DNA from: Boseongicola sp.
Lineage (GTDB): Bacteria > Pseudomonadota > Alphaproteobacteria > Rhodobacterales > Rhodobacteraceae
Assembly (NCBI GenBank): GCA_051009475.1
Contig: JBPCWO010000242.1
Span: forward strand, 1 to 60,903
Reading direction: 5' to 3'
DNA: 60,903 bases
Under the pieces are notes generated by a model. The model did not search any database and had not been told where the DNA came from. It was given only the letters and a program-made list of their open reading frames with translations. This document shows positions 7,794 to 16,066 of the stretch, one piece after another. Numbering within the stretch: the stretch's first letter is position 1; each line of letters opens with the position of its first letter. The translations under genes were made by a program, and so were the position numbers.

Positions 7794-9455
7794 ATGAAAC
7801 TTCTGAATCTCGCGGCGGCGCTGTCACTGATACTTGCGGTACCCACTTTTGCCTCCGATGTCGCATTGATTATCGGCAATGAAGACTATCGTGGGTTACC
7901 GGATGTGCGACGCGGTGATGACGTGACGACTGCGCGGCGGGGACTAGAGCGGCAAAACGTCAGTGCGGTAATCGGTCGCGACGCGACAGTTGCCCAGATT
8001 CGTGAAGCAATGTTGTCGTTCAGCAAAATCGCACCAAATGCAGACCGTCTGCTCATCGTCCTATCCGGGCGATTTGTGAAATCGCCGACTGAGACATACT
8101 TTCTTCCGTCAAATATCGGAGCGCCGTCCCTTGGGACAGCTTCGCGCAACGGGCTACCGATGTCGGTTGTTTTGGCGTACCTCAGCGCAACACCTGGCCA
8201 GTCAATTCTCGCGCTGGCAACCGATGCAACGCAAGCCAGCTTTGGACCATTGTTGCAACTTGGTATTGGCGAGTTGGATCTTCCGCAGGGTGTGACCCTT
8301 CTTCGCGCCGACCCGCAACGAATGGCCCGGTTTCTCTCATCGACTTTGGTGCAGCCAGGTAATGCAATAAAAGACTCCGCTGCCAAATCTGGGGTGACGG
8401 TTTCGGGATTTCTGTCTAAGGGTCAATCATTTCTTCCCGTACCCACCGAACCGGTTGCGGCGCCCGCACCGAGCGCGCCAGCCAAGCCTGAAAACCGTCT
8501 TCGAGATCTCCTAGCGTGGCGCGAGGCCAGTCGGGTTGATACAGTCGAGGCTTATCAGAATTACGTCAGAAAATTTCCCGGCGGCCAATTCGCGCGAATG
8601 GCAGAGAACCGGATCAAAGCTGCGGTCGACACGCCCGAAGCGCGGGCAGAGCGAGCAGAGCAAGCGCTTGATCTAAACCGCAGCCAACGCCGTGAGATTC
8701 AGCGATCACTATCGCTTCTTGAGTTCAATACACGTGGAATCGACGGTATTTTCGGTCGTGGAACTCGCGCGGCGATCGGTGCGTGGCAGGAAGCAAACAG
8801 TTTTGAAAAGACTGGGTTTCTAACCCGCCAGCAAATTACTCGTCTTAGCGAGCAGGCGGAGCGTCGTGCAGCAGCTCTTGAAGCCGAAGCTGAACGGCGT
8901 CGACAGGACCAGCTTGCCCGCGACCGCGCATTTTGGGCCGAAACAGGCGCAGTTGGCGATGAAGCTGGATACCGAGTGTATCTTGACCGGTTTCCAGATG
9001 GCGAGTTCTCGGATCTGGCACGCGTAAGGCTGGATGATATCGAACGCCGGAATCGTGCAGAAACAGATGCCCGCGACCGTCAGCTTTGGGACGAAGCCAG
9101 CCTAGAGAATACTATTGGCGCTTATCAGGATTACCTGGCGCTGGCTCCAGGCGGGGCTTTCCGCGACGAAGCCGCCCAGAGAATTGCGGCGCTGGAACGG
9201 AAGGAATCCGAAGAAAGTCAGCACGGCAATGCAAAGCGCCAAGAACAGGCACTCAACTTGAATAACTCGACGCGACAAGTGGTCGAATCTCGGCTTAAGC
9301 GGCTGGGTCTGAAGCCGGGACGCGTTGATGGCAAATTCGACGAAAACACCCGTCGCGCGATCCGTCGATACCAGCAAGCACGCAACATGCCACAGACTGG
9401 GTATCTGAATGAGACCGTAATTGTGCGCCTGCTGGCAGACTCTATCTTTCGCTGA
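7794..9455 (+). CDS. Secreted caspase-fold (peptidase C14-like) protein lacking catalytic residues, with TPR-like repeats and two peptidoglycan-binding (PG_binding_1-like) domains
   Basis: ATG 7794 follows GAAGGGG. Signal peptide MKLLNLAAALSLILAVPTFA. N-terminal ALIIGNEDYRGLP...LLIVLSGRF...ILALATDAT resembles bacterial caspase homologues. PG-binding-like segments lie at about 8667-8846 and 9255-9440 (RGIDGIFGRGTRAAIGAWQ; GRVDGKFDENTRRAIRRYQ). Confidence 0.8.
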   Translation: MKLLNLAAALSLILAVPTFASDVALIIGNEDYRGLPDVRRGDDVTTARRGLERQNVSAVIGRDATVAQIREAMLSFSKIAPNADRLLIVLSGRFVKSPTETYFLPSNIGAPSLGTASRNGLPMSVVLAYLSATPGQSILALATDATQASFGPLLQLGIGELDLPQGVTLLRADPQRMARFLSSTLVQPGNAIKDSAAKSGVTVSGFLSKGQSFLPVPTEPVAAPAPSAPAKPENRLRDLLAWREASRVDTVEAYQNYVRKFPGGQFARMAENRIKAAVDTPEARAERAEQALDLNRSQRREIQRSLSLLEFNTRGIDGIFGRGTRAAIGAWQEANSFEKTGFLTRQQITRLSEQAERRAAALEAEAERRRQDQLARDRAFWAETGAVGDEAGYRVYLDRFPDGEFSDLARVRLDDIERRNRAETDARDRQLWDEASLENTIGAYQDYLALAPGGAFRDEAAQRIAALERKESEESQHGNAKRQEQALNLNNSTRQVVESRLKRLGLKPGRVDGKFDENTRRAIRRYQQARNMPQTGYLNETVIVRLLADSIFR

Positions 9456-9531
9456 GGGGCAGAGACGCTGGTACATTAACAATTCAAAATGCGAGGCCGT
9501 GTTTGCCCGTCTGCGCAGCGAGTTAAGGTGC

Positions 9532-10101
9532 CTACTTCTTGCCCATCTTTGCGAGCTGTGCCTGCATCGCAGCCAACTGAGCGCGGATAGCGTCCAATTC
9601 AGCCGGAGCGTCATCATTATCTGGCGTAGGATCGGTGTCGCCCGCGCTGTCCTGAGGTGTTCCGGGCCAAGAACTGCCGAATCCGCTGGTCATCGCTTTC
9701 ATGAAGGCCTCTTGCTGGGCCTTCATCGCATCAAAACCGGGCATGCCTGACATTGGACTGGTCATGCTTTCCATCACCTTTGACTGGCCATCCCGCAGCA
9801 TATCGAAGCTCATGGCCAAGAACTGGGGCACAACCGATTGTGCCTGCGTCGTGTAGGAGCGCACCAGATCAGTTAGCACATCCAAGGGCAGAACGTTTTC
9901 GCCCCGACTTTCGTGTTCTGCAATTATTTGCAACAGATATTGGCGGGTAAGGTCATCGCCCGACTTCAGATCAACGATCTGGACTTCACGACCATCGCGG
10001 ATGAACCCGGCTATATCGTCGAGCGTCACGTAGTCCGATGTTTCGGTGTTATAGAGTCGCCTGCTTGCGTATCGCTTGATCAAAAGCGGTGATCCCGCCA
10101 T
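9532..10101 (-). CDS. phaR: Polyhydroxyalkanoate synthesis repressor PhaR
   Basis: LIKRYASRRLYNTETSDYVTLDDIAGFIRDGREVQIVDLKSGDDLTRQYLLQIIAEHE is the canonical PhaR N-terminal domain. GGAGGG SD before ATG 10101. Confidence 0.9.
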   Translation of the reverse strand: MAGSPLLIKRYASRRLYNTETSDYVTLDDIAGFIRDGREVQIVDLKSGDDLTRQYLLQIIAEHESRGENVLPLDVLTDLVRSYTTQAQSVVPQFLAMSFDMLRDGQSKVMESMTSPMSGMPGFDAMKAQQEAFMKAMTSGFGSSWPGTPQDSAGDTDPTPDNDDAPAELDAIRAQLAAMQAQLAKMGKK

Positions 10102-10124
10102 GTCACCCTCCCCGAGTGGCCTTC

Positions 10125-10137
10125 GCTGCAGTGCAGC
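10125..10137. promoter_or_regulatory. Candidate PhaR operator (perfect palindrome GCTGCAGTGCAGC)
   Basis: CTGC-AGT-GCAG at 10126-10136, 25-35 nt upstream of the phaR start. It matches the CTGC-N3-GCAG PhaR site I recall from Rhodobacter sphaeroides (recollection, not verified). Confidence 0.4.
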
Positions 10138-10235
10138 TTACGCCGAAGGCGCGAAAAAGAAAGGAAAATCTGCTTCTAGCCAAGTGGTGCAGCAATTCGA
10201 CAAGTATATTGTCAAAATTCAAACTGGAGTTTTTC

Positions 10236-10263
10236 AATAAAATGCCCGGCCGACCGACCGGAC
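10236..10263 (-). terminator. Possible weak terminator after the atp F0 operon
   Basis: On the minus strand, GTCCGG..(8 nt)..CCGGGC hairpin followed by ATTTTATTG, about 30 nt after the atpF stop. The stem is short and includes a G-U pair. Confidence 0.35.
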
Positions 10264-10292
10264 AAAGTATATGCTTTAAGAGTAGTGCGCGC

Positions 10293-10850
10293 TCAGTGAA
10301 GCTTGGCCTTTACTGTATCGATAGCTTCGTCGATCAGGCTTGCCGCGCGCGCATCCTTCATGTCTTTCGCCACGACTTCGCCCGCCGCATTCACAGCTAT
10401 GCGTATCGCCTCGTCACGAACCTGGCGGACAGCCTTTGCTTCCGCCGACGCGATCTGATCTTCGGCTGCCTGCACACGGCGTTCGATTGATTTAGCCAAA
10501 TCGGCCTTCGCCTGTTCCGCGGCTTCTGAAGCGCTTTCCTTGGCGGCTGCAACTATGCGGTCTGCTTGCTCTTGCACCTCAAGTTGCTTGCGCTCGAAAC
10601 TAGCGAGGAGCGTCTGCGCCTCTTCTCGAAGTGCGCGTGCCTCGTCAAGTTCGGCCTGAATACCTTCAGCGCGCTTGTCCAAAAGTCCGCCCAAAAGCGA
10701 CGGCACCTTGTAGTAAAACAACACACCTACGAAGAGCAAAAACGCGATCAGCACTACGAAATCGGTATTCGCCAACGAGAAGAAACTGTCACCTGCGGCA
10801 AATGCCGGGGACGCGGCGACCAAGGCAATAAACATCAAAGCTTGTTTCAT
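10293..10850 (-). CDS. atpF: F0F1 ATP synthase subunit b
   Basis: One N-terminal TM helix, then a long charged Ala/Glu/Lys/Arg helix. Last gene of the a-c-b'-b cluster. Start set at ATG 10850 (AAGGGG upstream); the track start GTG 10859 overlaps the b' stop. Confidence 0.85.
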   Translation of the reverse strand: MKQALMFIALVAASPAFAAGDSFFSLANTDFVVLIAFLLFVGVLFYYKVPSLLGGLLDKRAEGIQAELDEARALREEAQTLLASFERKQLEVQEQADRIVAAAKESASEAAEQAKADLAKSIERRVQAAEDQIASAEAKAVRQVRDEAIRIAVNAAGEVVAKDMKDARAASLIDEAIDTVKAKLH

Positions 10851-10855
10851 ATTCT

Positions 10856-11389
10856 TCACCCCTTTGTCCGCGCATCAACGGCGGCGGAAATCGCTTTGCC
10901 ATCGACATCGACGCCAAGCGCGGAAACAACTGCTTTTGCAGTGTCGCGGGCAACTTCACGAACAGCTTCGGCAGCTCCGTCGTGAATCTCGGCAATCCTG
11001 GATTCGCTTTCGGCCGTCCGAGCCTTTATCTCGGAGTCGGCTTTCTGAAGGGCGACGTCGACCTCGGCCTGAACCTCGGCCTTTGCCTCGGCTGCGATGC
11101 GGTTCGCCTCTGTTCGCGCATCAGCGAGTGCCTGTTCGTAGGCGGCTTCTGCATCCGCGGCTTTTTGCTTCAGCTCTTCCGCAGCCCCAATATCATTCGT
11201 AATGGTGCCTTGGCGTTCTGCCAAAACCGAAGCGATCCGCGGAAGCGCGATGCGCGACAGCACAAGGTAGATAATCACGAGTGTTACGACGAGCCAGAAT
11301 ATCTGGTTCGGAAACGTCGAGAAGTCGAGCTGCGGCATACCCGGCGCTTCGACTGCTCCGTGGGCGGCGTCTGTTGTTTCTGTCGCCAT
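10856..11389 (-). CDS. F0F1 ATP synthase subunit b'
   Basis: [27 protein letters not shown] is the typical b' N-terminus, followed by a charged helix. ATG 11389 is preceded by GAGGAGG. Confidence 0.85.
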   Translation of the reverse strand: MATETTDAAHGAVEAPGMPQLDFSTFPNQIFWLVVTLVIIYLVLSRIALPRIASVLAERQGTITNDIGAAEELKQKAADAEAAYEQALADARTEANRIAAEAKAEVQAEVDVALQKADSEIKARTAESESRIAEIHDGAAEAVREVARDTAKAVVSALGVDVDGKAISAAVDARTKG

Positions 11390-11467
11390 GGCGACCTCCT
11401 CAAGCCTTGTTCGAACCACCGGGCGGGCCCTGAAGGCGCACCCGGCACGTAAGGATCGTGGGAGTTA

Positions 11468-11704
11468 TCAGACGGCGAACATCAGCAGAAGCGCGACAAG
11501 GAACGAGAAGATCCCCAGTGCTTCCGAAAACGCAATACCGATGAACATTGTCGCAGTCTGGCCACCGGCGGCGGACGGGTTGCGAAGCGCACCGGATAGA
11601 AAGTTGCCCACAACGTGGCCCACACCGACAGCAGCACCACCCATGCCCGTACAGGCAAGACCAGCGCCGATGTAAGCACCCATTTGTACGACGTCACCTT
11701 CCAT
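11468..11704 (-). CDS. atpE: F0F1 ATP synthase subunit c
   Basis: 78-aa hairpin proteolipid with ...[19 protein letters not shown] (essential carboxylate Glu). Confidence 0.95.
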   Translation of the reverse strand: MEGDVVQMGAYIGAGLACTGMGGAAVGVGHVVGNFLSGALRNPSAAGGQTATMFIGIAFSEALGIFSFLVALLLMFAV

Positions 11705-11747
11705 AGCGAATTCTCCTTACGTTGGAATTGGTGTGATTGTTTGTTCG

Positions 11748-12509
11748 TTAGTGGTGTGGATGCAGCGCATCCTTCAAATACACGCACGTCAGAATTGCGA
11801 AGACATAGGCCTGGATAAAGGACACCAGAACCTCGAGAGCGTAGATTGCGGTGATTGCAGCAATCGAAAGCGGCGCGATGGCGACCAGCGCAGCAAAGGC
11901 CGCAAAAACTTTGATCACCGCGTGGCCCGCCATCATGTTTCCAGCGAGACGGATAGAATGGCTGACCGGGCGCACGAAATAAGAAATTACTTCGATAAGC
12001 GCCAAAATCGGCCGAAGCACCAACGGCGCAGAACTGATCCAGAAGACACTGAGAAAGCCAAGGCCATGCTTATAAAAACCGAGCAGAGTCACAGCCAAGA
12101 ACACGGCCATCGCCATGACCGCTGTTACGGCGATGTGGCTAGTTGTCGTGAAGCTCATGGGCAAAAGGCCAAGAAAATTGGCGAAAACGATGAACAAAAA
12201 CAGCGTCATGATGTAAGGGAAGTATTTCACGCCGTCCTTGCCAGCGACGTCTTCCACCATCTTGTAAACGAACCCGTAAGCCAATTCGGCAATCGACTGG
12301 ACGCGGTTTGGCACAATAGCGCGTCCACGGGTGCCAAGAACCATCAGGGCAACAATGGCCAAAACCGCCAGCCCCATCCAAAGCGTGACGTTTGTAGGTG
12401 TATACCAGGCGACCGGATCGCCAGCTTCGCCAAAGAGCGGCTTGACGATGAACTGATCCATCGGGTGGAATACAAGACCGCTTTCTTCGCCGTGCGTTTC
12501 TTCAGCCAC
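11748..12509 (-). CDS. atpB: F0F1 ATP synthase subunit a
   Basis: Contains [13 protein letters not shown] (conserved Arg motif) and is polytopic. Start set at GTG 12509 ([20 protein letters not shown]), overlapping the atpI stop as GTGGCTGA. The track start 12563 is an upstream extension. Confidence 0.9.
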   Translation of the reverse strand: MAEETHGEESGLVFHPMDQFIVKPLFGEAGDPVAWYTPTNVTLWMGLAVLAIVALMVLGTRGRAIVPNRVQSIAELAYGFVYKMVEDVAGKDGVKYFPYIMTLFLFIVFANFLGLLPMSFTTTSHIAVTAVMAMAVFLAVTLLGFYKHGLGFLSVFWISSAPLVLRPILALIEVISYFVRPVSHSIRLAGNMMAGHAVIKVFAAFAALVAIAPLSIAAITAIYALEVLVSFIQAYVFAILTCVYLKDALHPHH

Positions 12510-12867
12510 CTTCGGTCCCTTTCGTCTTCTTGGCCTCAGCTTCAGCTGCTGCCTCTTTTTCAATCTCGCGGGCCGACCGCATCATCGTGCGGATGCCTGC
12601 GGCAAATCCCAGTAGCGTGAACACGATCATCAGGAACGGCGCCGTTCCAAAAACCACATCCAGCCCGTATCCCATGGCGAAGCCGATCCCCAGACCCGCA
12701 ACCAGTTCGATCACCATTCGCCAGGCGTGCTGTGCCAGGCTATAGTGTTCGTCCATGTGGGGCGTCGGTTCCGCCTTCGGCCGCTTTTCCGCCAGCTTGG
12801 CTTCCAGCGCGTCCAGCCGGGCCATTGGATCGTCGTGATCGGTTTCGGCCATGGGCCAAGCCCCCAT
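12502..12867 (-). CDS. atpI: ATP synthase protein I (AtpI/AtpZ-like)
   Basis: Small two-TM protein ([21 protein letters not shown]..., [14 protein letters not shown]) directly upstream of and overlapping atpB. The start is either ATG 12867 or ATG 12852. Confidence 0.7.
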   Translation of the reverse strand: MGAWPMAETDHDDPMARLDALEAKLAEKRPKAEPTPHMDEHYSLAQHAWRMVIELVAGLGIGFAMGYGLDVVFGTAPFLMIVFTLLGFAAGIRTMMRSAREIEKEAAAEAEAKKTKGTEGG

Positions 12868-13176
12868 GAGAATTCTTGATTGGACTAGTGCGCGGGCATG
12901 CAGGAGTCAATCCGCCATAAACTGCCATCAAGCTGCTGTTTTCAAAAAATAAACTGATGACTGGGCGTTACGACGCAAAAGTTCGTATATTTAACCGATT
13001 AGTTGAGTTTTCGCCGCGCAAACAGGTGCCTGTCGATAAGGAACAACCCCGGAAAAATGGCGCACATTACCGCCAGCGTTGGCCGTATCTGGCATGCTTC
13101 GCTTCATGACCGCAATAACCAACTAACGCATATCGCTGCCGGAGATACCGTGCGAACCGAGATTAGTTTGCTGCCG

Positions 13177-13590
13177 CTAACGAACGACAAAAACTGACAC
13201 TTCAGCATGTTCTGCCAAGTAACCGCCGTGTGATGTAAAGAAGTAGTCACCCAGAACCGGCACATGCGATCCGACGACGACCAGATCCGCATTGGTGGAT
13301 TTCACCGCCGCCATAAGTTGTGAATTCAACTCAGCCGCCGGGTCGTGAGCCACAATGCTCTTGGCCTCAACCGGCAACTTTTGTGCCACCGAAACTTCGC
13401 GGGCAAAATTTTCGAGTTTTTGTTCCTGCTCTTCTAACGTTTTGCCGTCCTCGCTTGGAGGATAAGCGCCGACGTGGACAAGATGCAGCGTACCACCGCC
13501 GACTTTGGCGAGCGTGCCGGCGATTTCCAAAACTCGCGTAAGTCGATCGACATGCTGAAATTCGACAGGGATCATGATATTTTTGAACAT
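13177..13590 (-). CDS. Universal stress protein (UspA family)
   Basis: MFKNIMIPVEF..., ...DLVVVGSH...GGYLAEHAEVSVFVVR matches the USP fold pattern. Strong SD TAGGAGG before ATG 13590. Confidence 0.85.
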   Translation of the reverse strand: MFKNIMIPVEFQHVDRLTRVLEIAGTLAKVGGGTLHLVHVGAYPPSEDGKTLEEQEQKLENFAREVSVAQKLPVEAKSIVAHDPAAELNSQLMAAVKSTNADLVVVGSHVPVLGDYFFTSHGGYLAEHAEVSVFVVR

Positions 13591-13705
13591 GTTAGCCTCC
13601 TATTCTTTTGACCAACCTGCCCCAGCTAAATCGAGACGACTTTAACCCAGATCAAATGAACGGTTTTTCTTGACTGATGGCGACCCTTGCCGGTTAACAA
13701 CCGGA

Positions 13706-14035
13706 ATGGCGAACCTGCTCGATACCGTTTTTTCGGCGCTGTCCGATCCGACGCGACGTCAGATCCTTGTAATGCTGCTTGAAGACGACATGGCAGTCAC
13801 CGATGTGGCCGAACCTTTTAAAATATCGCTGGCGGCGATTTCAAAGCATCTGACGATACTGTCGCGCGCCGGTCTGATCGCGCAGGAAAAGCGTGGTCGC
13901 GTCAAATGGTGTAAACTGGAACCCGACGCGTTGCGCGATGCGAGCGTCTGGATGCAGGGTTTTGGCCAGTTCGAATCTCTGGACCTGGACGCATTTGAAG
14001 CTTTTCTGAAGCGCGAGCTGGACGACGCTGATTAG
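13706..14035 (+). CDS. ArsR/SmtB family transcriptional regulator
   Basis: FSALSDPTRRQILVMLLE...VAEPFKISLAAISKHLTILSRAGLI is a winged HTH. ATG 13706 preferred over the track TTG 13670. Confidence 0.85.
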   Translation: MANLLDTVFSALSDPTRRQILVMLLEDDMAVTDVAEPFKISLAAISKHLTILSRAGLIAQEKRGRVKWCKLEPDALRDASVWMQGFGQFESLDLDAFEAFLKRELDDAD

Positions 14036-14943
14036 ACCACGCGATCTTCACGCAACAAAATTGTTAAGGCGACAATCGTTAGCCCAACACCCGGCAACAG
14101 GACTGGCGTTGGCACCAAACCGGAAAGTGCGAGTTCCCAAAGGATCACCCAACTTGGGATCAGATAGGTATAAGCCATCACCTTGGCAGCCTTTATCCTA
14201 AAAGAGGCATACTGAACGAGTGCAATTGACGTGCCGCTGGCGAATATCACCAGATATCCAAGAACGATCCAAACCAGCGTCGGCAAACTGCCCCAGTCGG
14301 TCGCCACGATCTGAGGCGCACCAATAACGCCAATAAGAACGGCGCCACCGAGCATCGTGCCGAAAGTGAAGACCAGCACGTGCTCGCCCCGATTTAGAAG
14401 CGGCACCATCGGAATATAGAGCGCGTGTAAAGCGCAGCCGAAAAAGAAAATTATCTCGCCTCGCCCAACGTGAAATGACAGTAGCGCTGCGAGATCGGCA
14501 CGGAAGATTACCCAGATCGCGCCAATGGCGCCGATAAAAAGCGCTAGAACCATTCGTTGCGTCGTGAGCTGACGAAGTATCCAGTAAGCGAATATCGCTG
14601 CCATAAGTGGTGTCAGAGTGAAGACAGCCGCCATCGAAACAGGAGTCGCCGTTTTCAGGCCTGCAAACATCAGGACGAAATAGCCGCCCATCAATCCGCC
14701 CAACGCGCCATAGCGCCAAGCCGCCCGGAACACGTCACGATTGAAAGAGCCCCAGTACGCGCCAATCGCCCCTATCAGCGCGGAGGCGAGCACAAAGCGC
14801 AGCGCCGTCAGCGCCAACGGATCAATGTCGTTCGCAACACGGCCCCCAAGCGAAAACGACCCGGCGACAAGTGCCGAAAACGCCAGCATCGCGGCGTGAC
14901 CGTGAAGTTCGTCCCGGCGACTAAGCGACGCCTTACCTACCAC
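14032..14943 (-). CDS. DMT (EamA-like) family transporter
   Basis: About 10 hydrophobic segments with two EamA-like halves. GTG start 14943 overlaps the lysR-type gene stop (GTGGTAG). Confidence 0.85.
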   Translation of the reverse strand: MVGKASLSRRDELHGHAAMLAFSALVAGSFSLGGRVANDIDPLALTALRFVLASALIGAIGAYWGSFNRDVFRAAWRYGALGGLMGGYFVLMFAGLKTATPVSMAAVFTLTPLMAAIFAYWILRQLTTQRMVLALFIGAIGAIWVIFRADLAALLSFHVGRGEIIFFFGCALHALYIPMVPLLNRGEHVLVFTFGTMLGGAVLIGVIGAPQIVATDWGSLPTLVWIVLGYLVIFASGTSIALVQYASFRIKAAKVMAYTYLIPSWVILWELALSGLVPTPVLLPGVGLTIVALTILLREDRVV

Positions 14944-15815
14944 GATTCTGCGTCTTCTTTCAAATATTTTAGGAATGCCTGGACTTTTGTTGTCCGGTGT
15001 AAGTCAACATGTGTCACAAGCCAGAGCGGCGAGGTCCAGGTCTCCTGTGGATCGAACAATCGAACCAAGCTTGAATGGCACTCGGCTTCCCAGCAACTCA
15101 CAAAGCCGATACCAGCACCGGCGATGATCGCATCTCGCATGACCCGGTTGTCGGTTGCGCGAAACACAATGTCTTTCGGCTGCACCCGATCTCGAAGCCA
15201 TCGCGCAAATGGTGCCCGGCTTTCAACATTGTCATGGCTGACGAAATCATGCCCGGAAAGATCGTCGAGCGTCGCGGGACGTCCGCGTTTCTTGATGTAG
15301 TCTTCTGACGCAAATAACGTGAGGTTCTGTGGAACGAATGGTTGTACCACATTGTCGGGGTTTTCGGGCGCGCGTCCCGCGCGAACAGCAACGTGCGCTT
15401 CGCCATATTCCAGACGCAGAACTTCGTCTCCGGTCAGATACCGAACAACCAAATCCGGATACTGCGACTGAAACTTAGCGAGCGTCGGCGTCAAGCGCGG
15501 CGATACAGAAGTCAGGGATGTCACGACAAGTTCGCCCGAGACTTGGTCGCCACGGCCCCGGATGCGGCCCACAAGCTGGGTGAACTGGTCATCGGTCGCC
15601 TGCGCAACCTGCAATAGATCTGTGCCTGCTTCAGTTGAAGTATAGCCGCGCGCGTGGCGCTGAAATAATTTAACCCCAATCTGAGCTTCGAGCGCGTCTA
15701 TGTGCCGGATTACCGTGGCGTGATGTACACCCAGTGCATCTGCAGCGCCGCTGACAGTGCCAAGCCGCGCCACGTGATATGCAGTTCGGATCTCATCCCA
15801 GGTACTGATCGCCAT
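14937..15815 (-). CDS. LysR family transcriptional regulator
   Basis: HTH VARLGTVSGAADALGVHHATVIRHIDALE plus a LysR substrate-binding domain. ATG 15815 follows AAGGAA; the track start 15872 is an extension. Confidence 0.9.
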   Translation of the reverse strand: MAISTWDEIRTAYHVARLGTVSGAADALGVHHATVIRHIDALEAQIGVKLFQRHARGYTSTEAGTDLLQVAQATDDQFTQLVGRIRGRGDQVSGELVVTSLTSVSPRLTPTLAKFQSQYPDLVVRYLTGDEVLRLEYGEAHVAVRAGRAPENPDNVVQPFVPQNLTLFASEDYIKKRGRPATLDDLSGHDFVSHDNVESRAPFARWLRDRVQPKDIVFRATDNRVMRDAIIAGAGIGFVSCWEAECHSSLVRLFDPQETWTSPLWLVTHVDLHRTTKVQAFLKYLKEDAESW

Positions 15816-15983
15816 TTTGGTTTCCTTGTTATCCGCCGCGCAGGTCGCAACGAGATTCAGCCTAACCTGCACTTTGTATGGTGCGGAATTTCAGAAATGC
15901 CAGCGAAAAAGGGCTGAAATCACATATTTTTGCACAATACGATGATGTGCCTTGCGAAAAGCTCAACCACAAGCGACCGCGGC

Positions 15984-16011
15984 AAAAAAAGGCCGGGCAC
16001 AAGACCCGGCC
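15984..16011 (-). terminator. Rho-independent terminator of the response-regulator gene
   Basis: Minus strand: GGCCGGG / tcttgtg / CCCGGCC followed by TTTTTTT. Plus-strand coordinates are A7 15984-15990 and stem 15991-16011. Confidence 0.75.
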
Positions 16012-16066
16012 AGTCCAACAGGGAGGTACCATGCCATTACCCGGACACGGAAACGGGATCTCTGGG

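Noticed and set aside
11733-12620. 295-aa plus-strand ORF antisense to atpB/atpI.
   Set aside because: The translation is His/Arg/Asp-rich nonsense opposite an unambiguous ATP synthase a-subunit gene.
13003-13197. 64-aa ORF in the atpI upstream gap, with a possible 46-aa version from an internal ATG.
   Set aside because: The SD is weak, there are no motifs, and the 3' end overlaps the USP gene stop. The region is more likely to hold the atp promoter and the USP 3' UTR.
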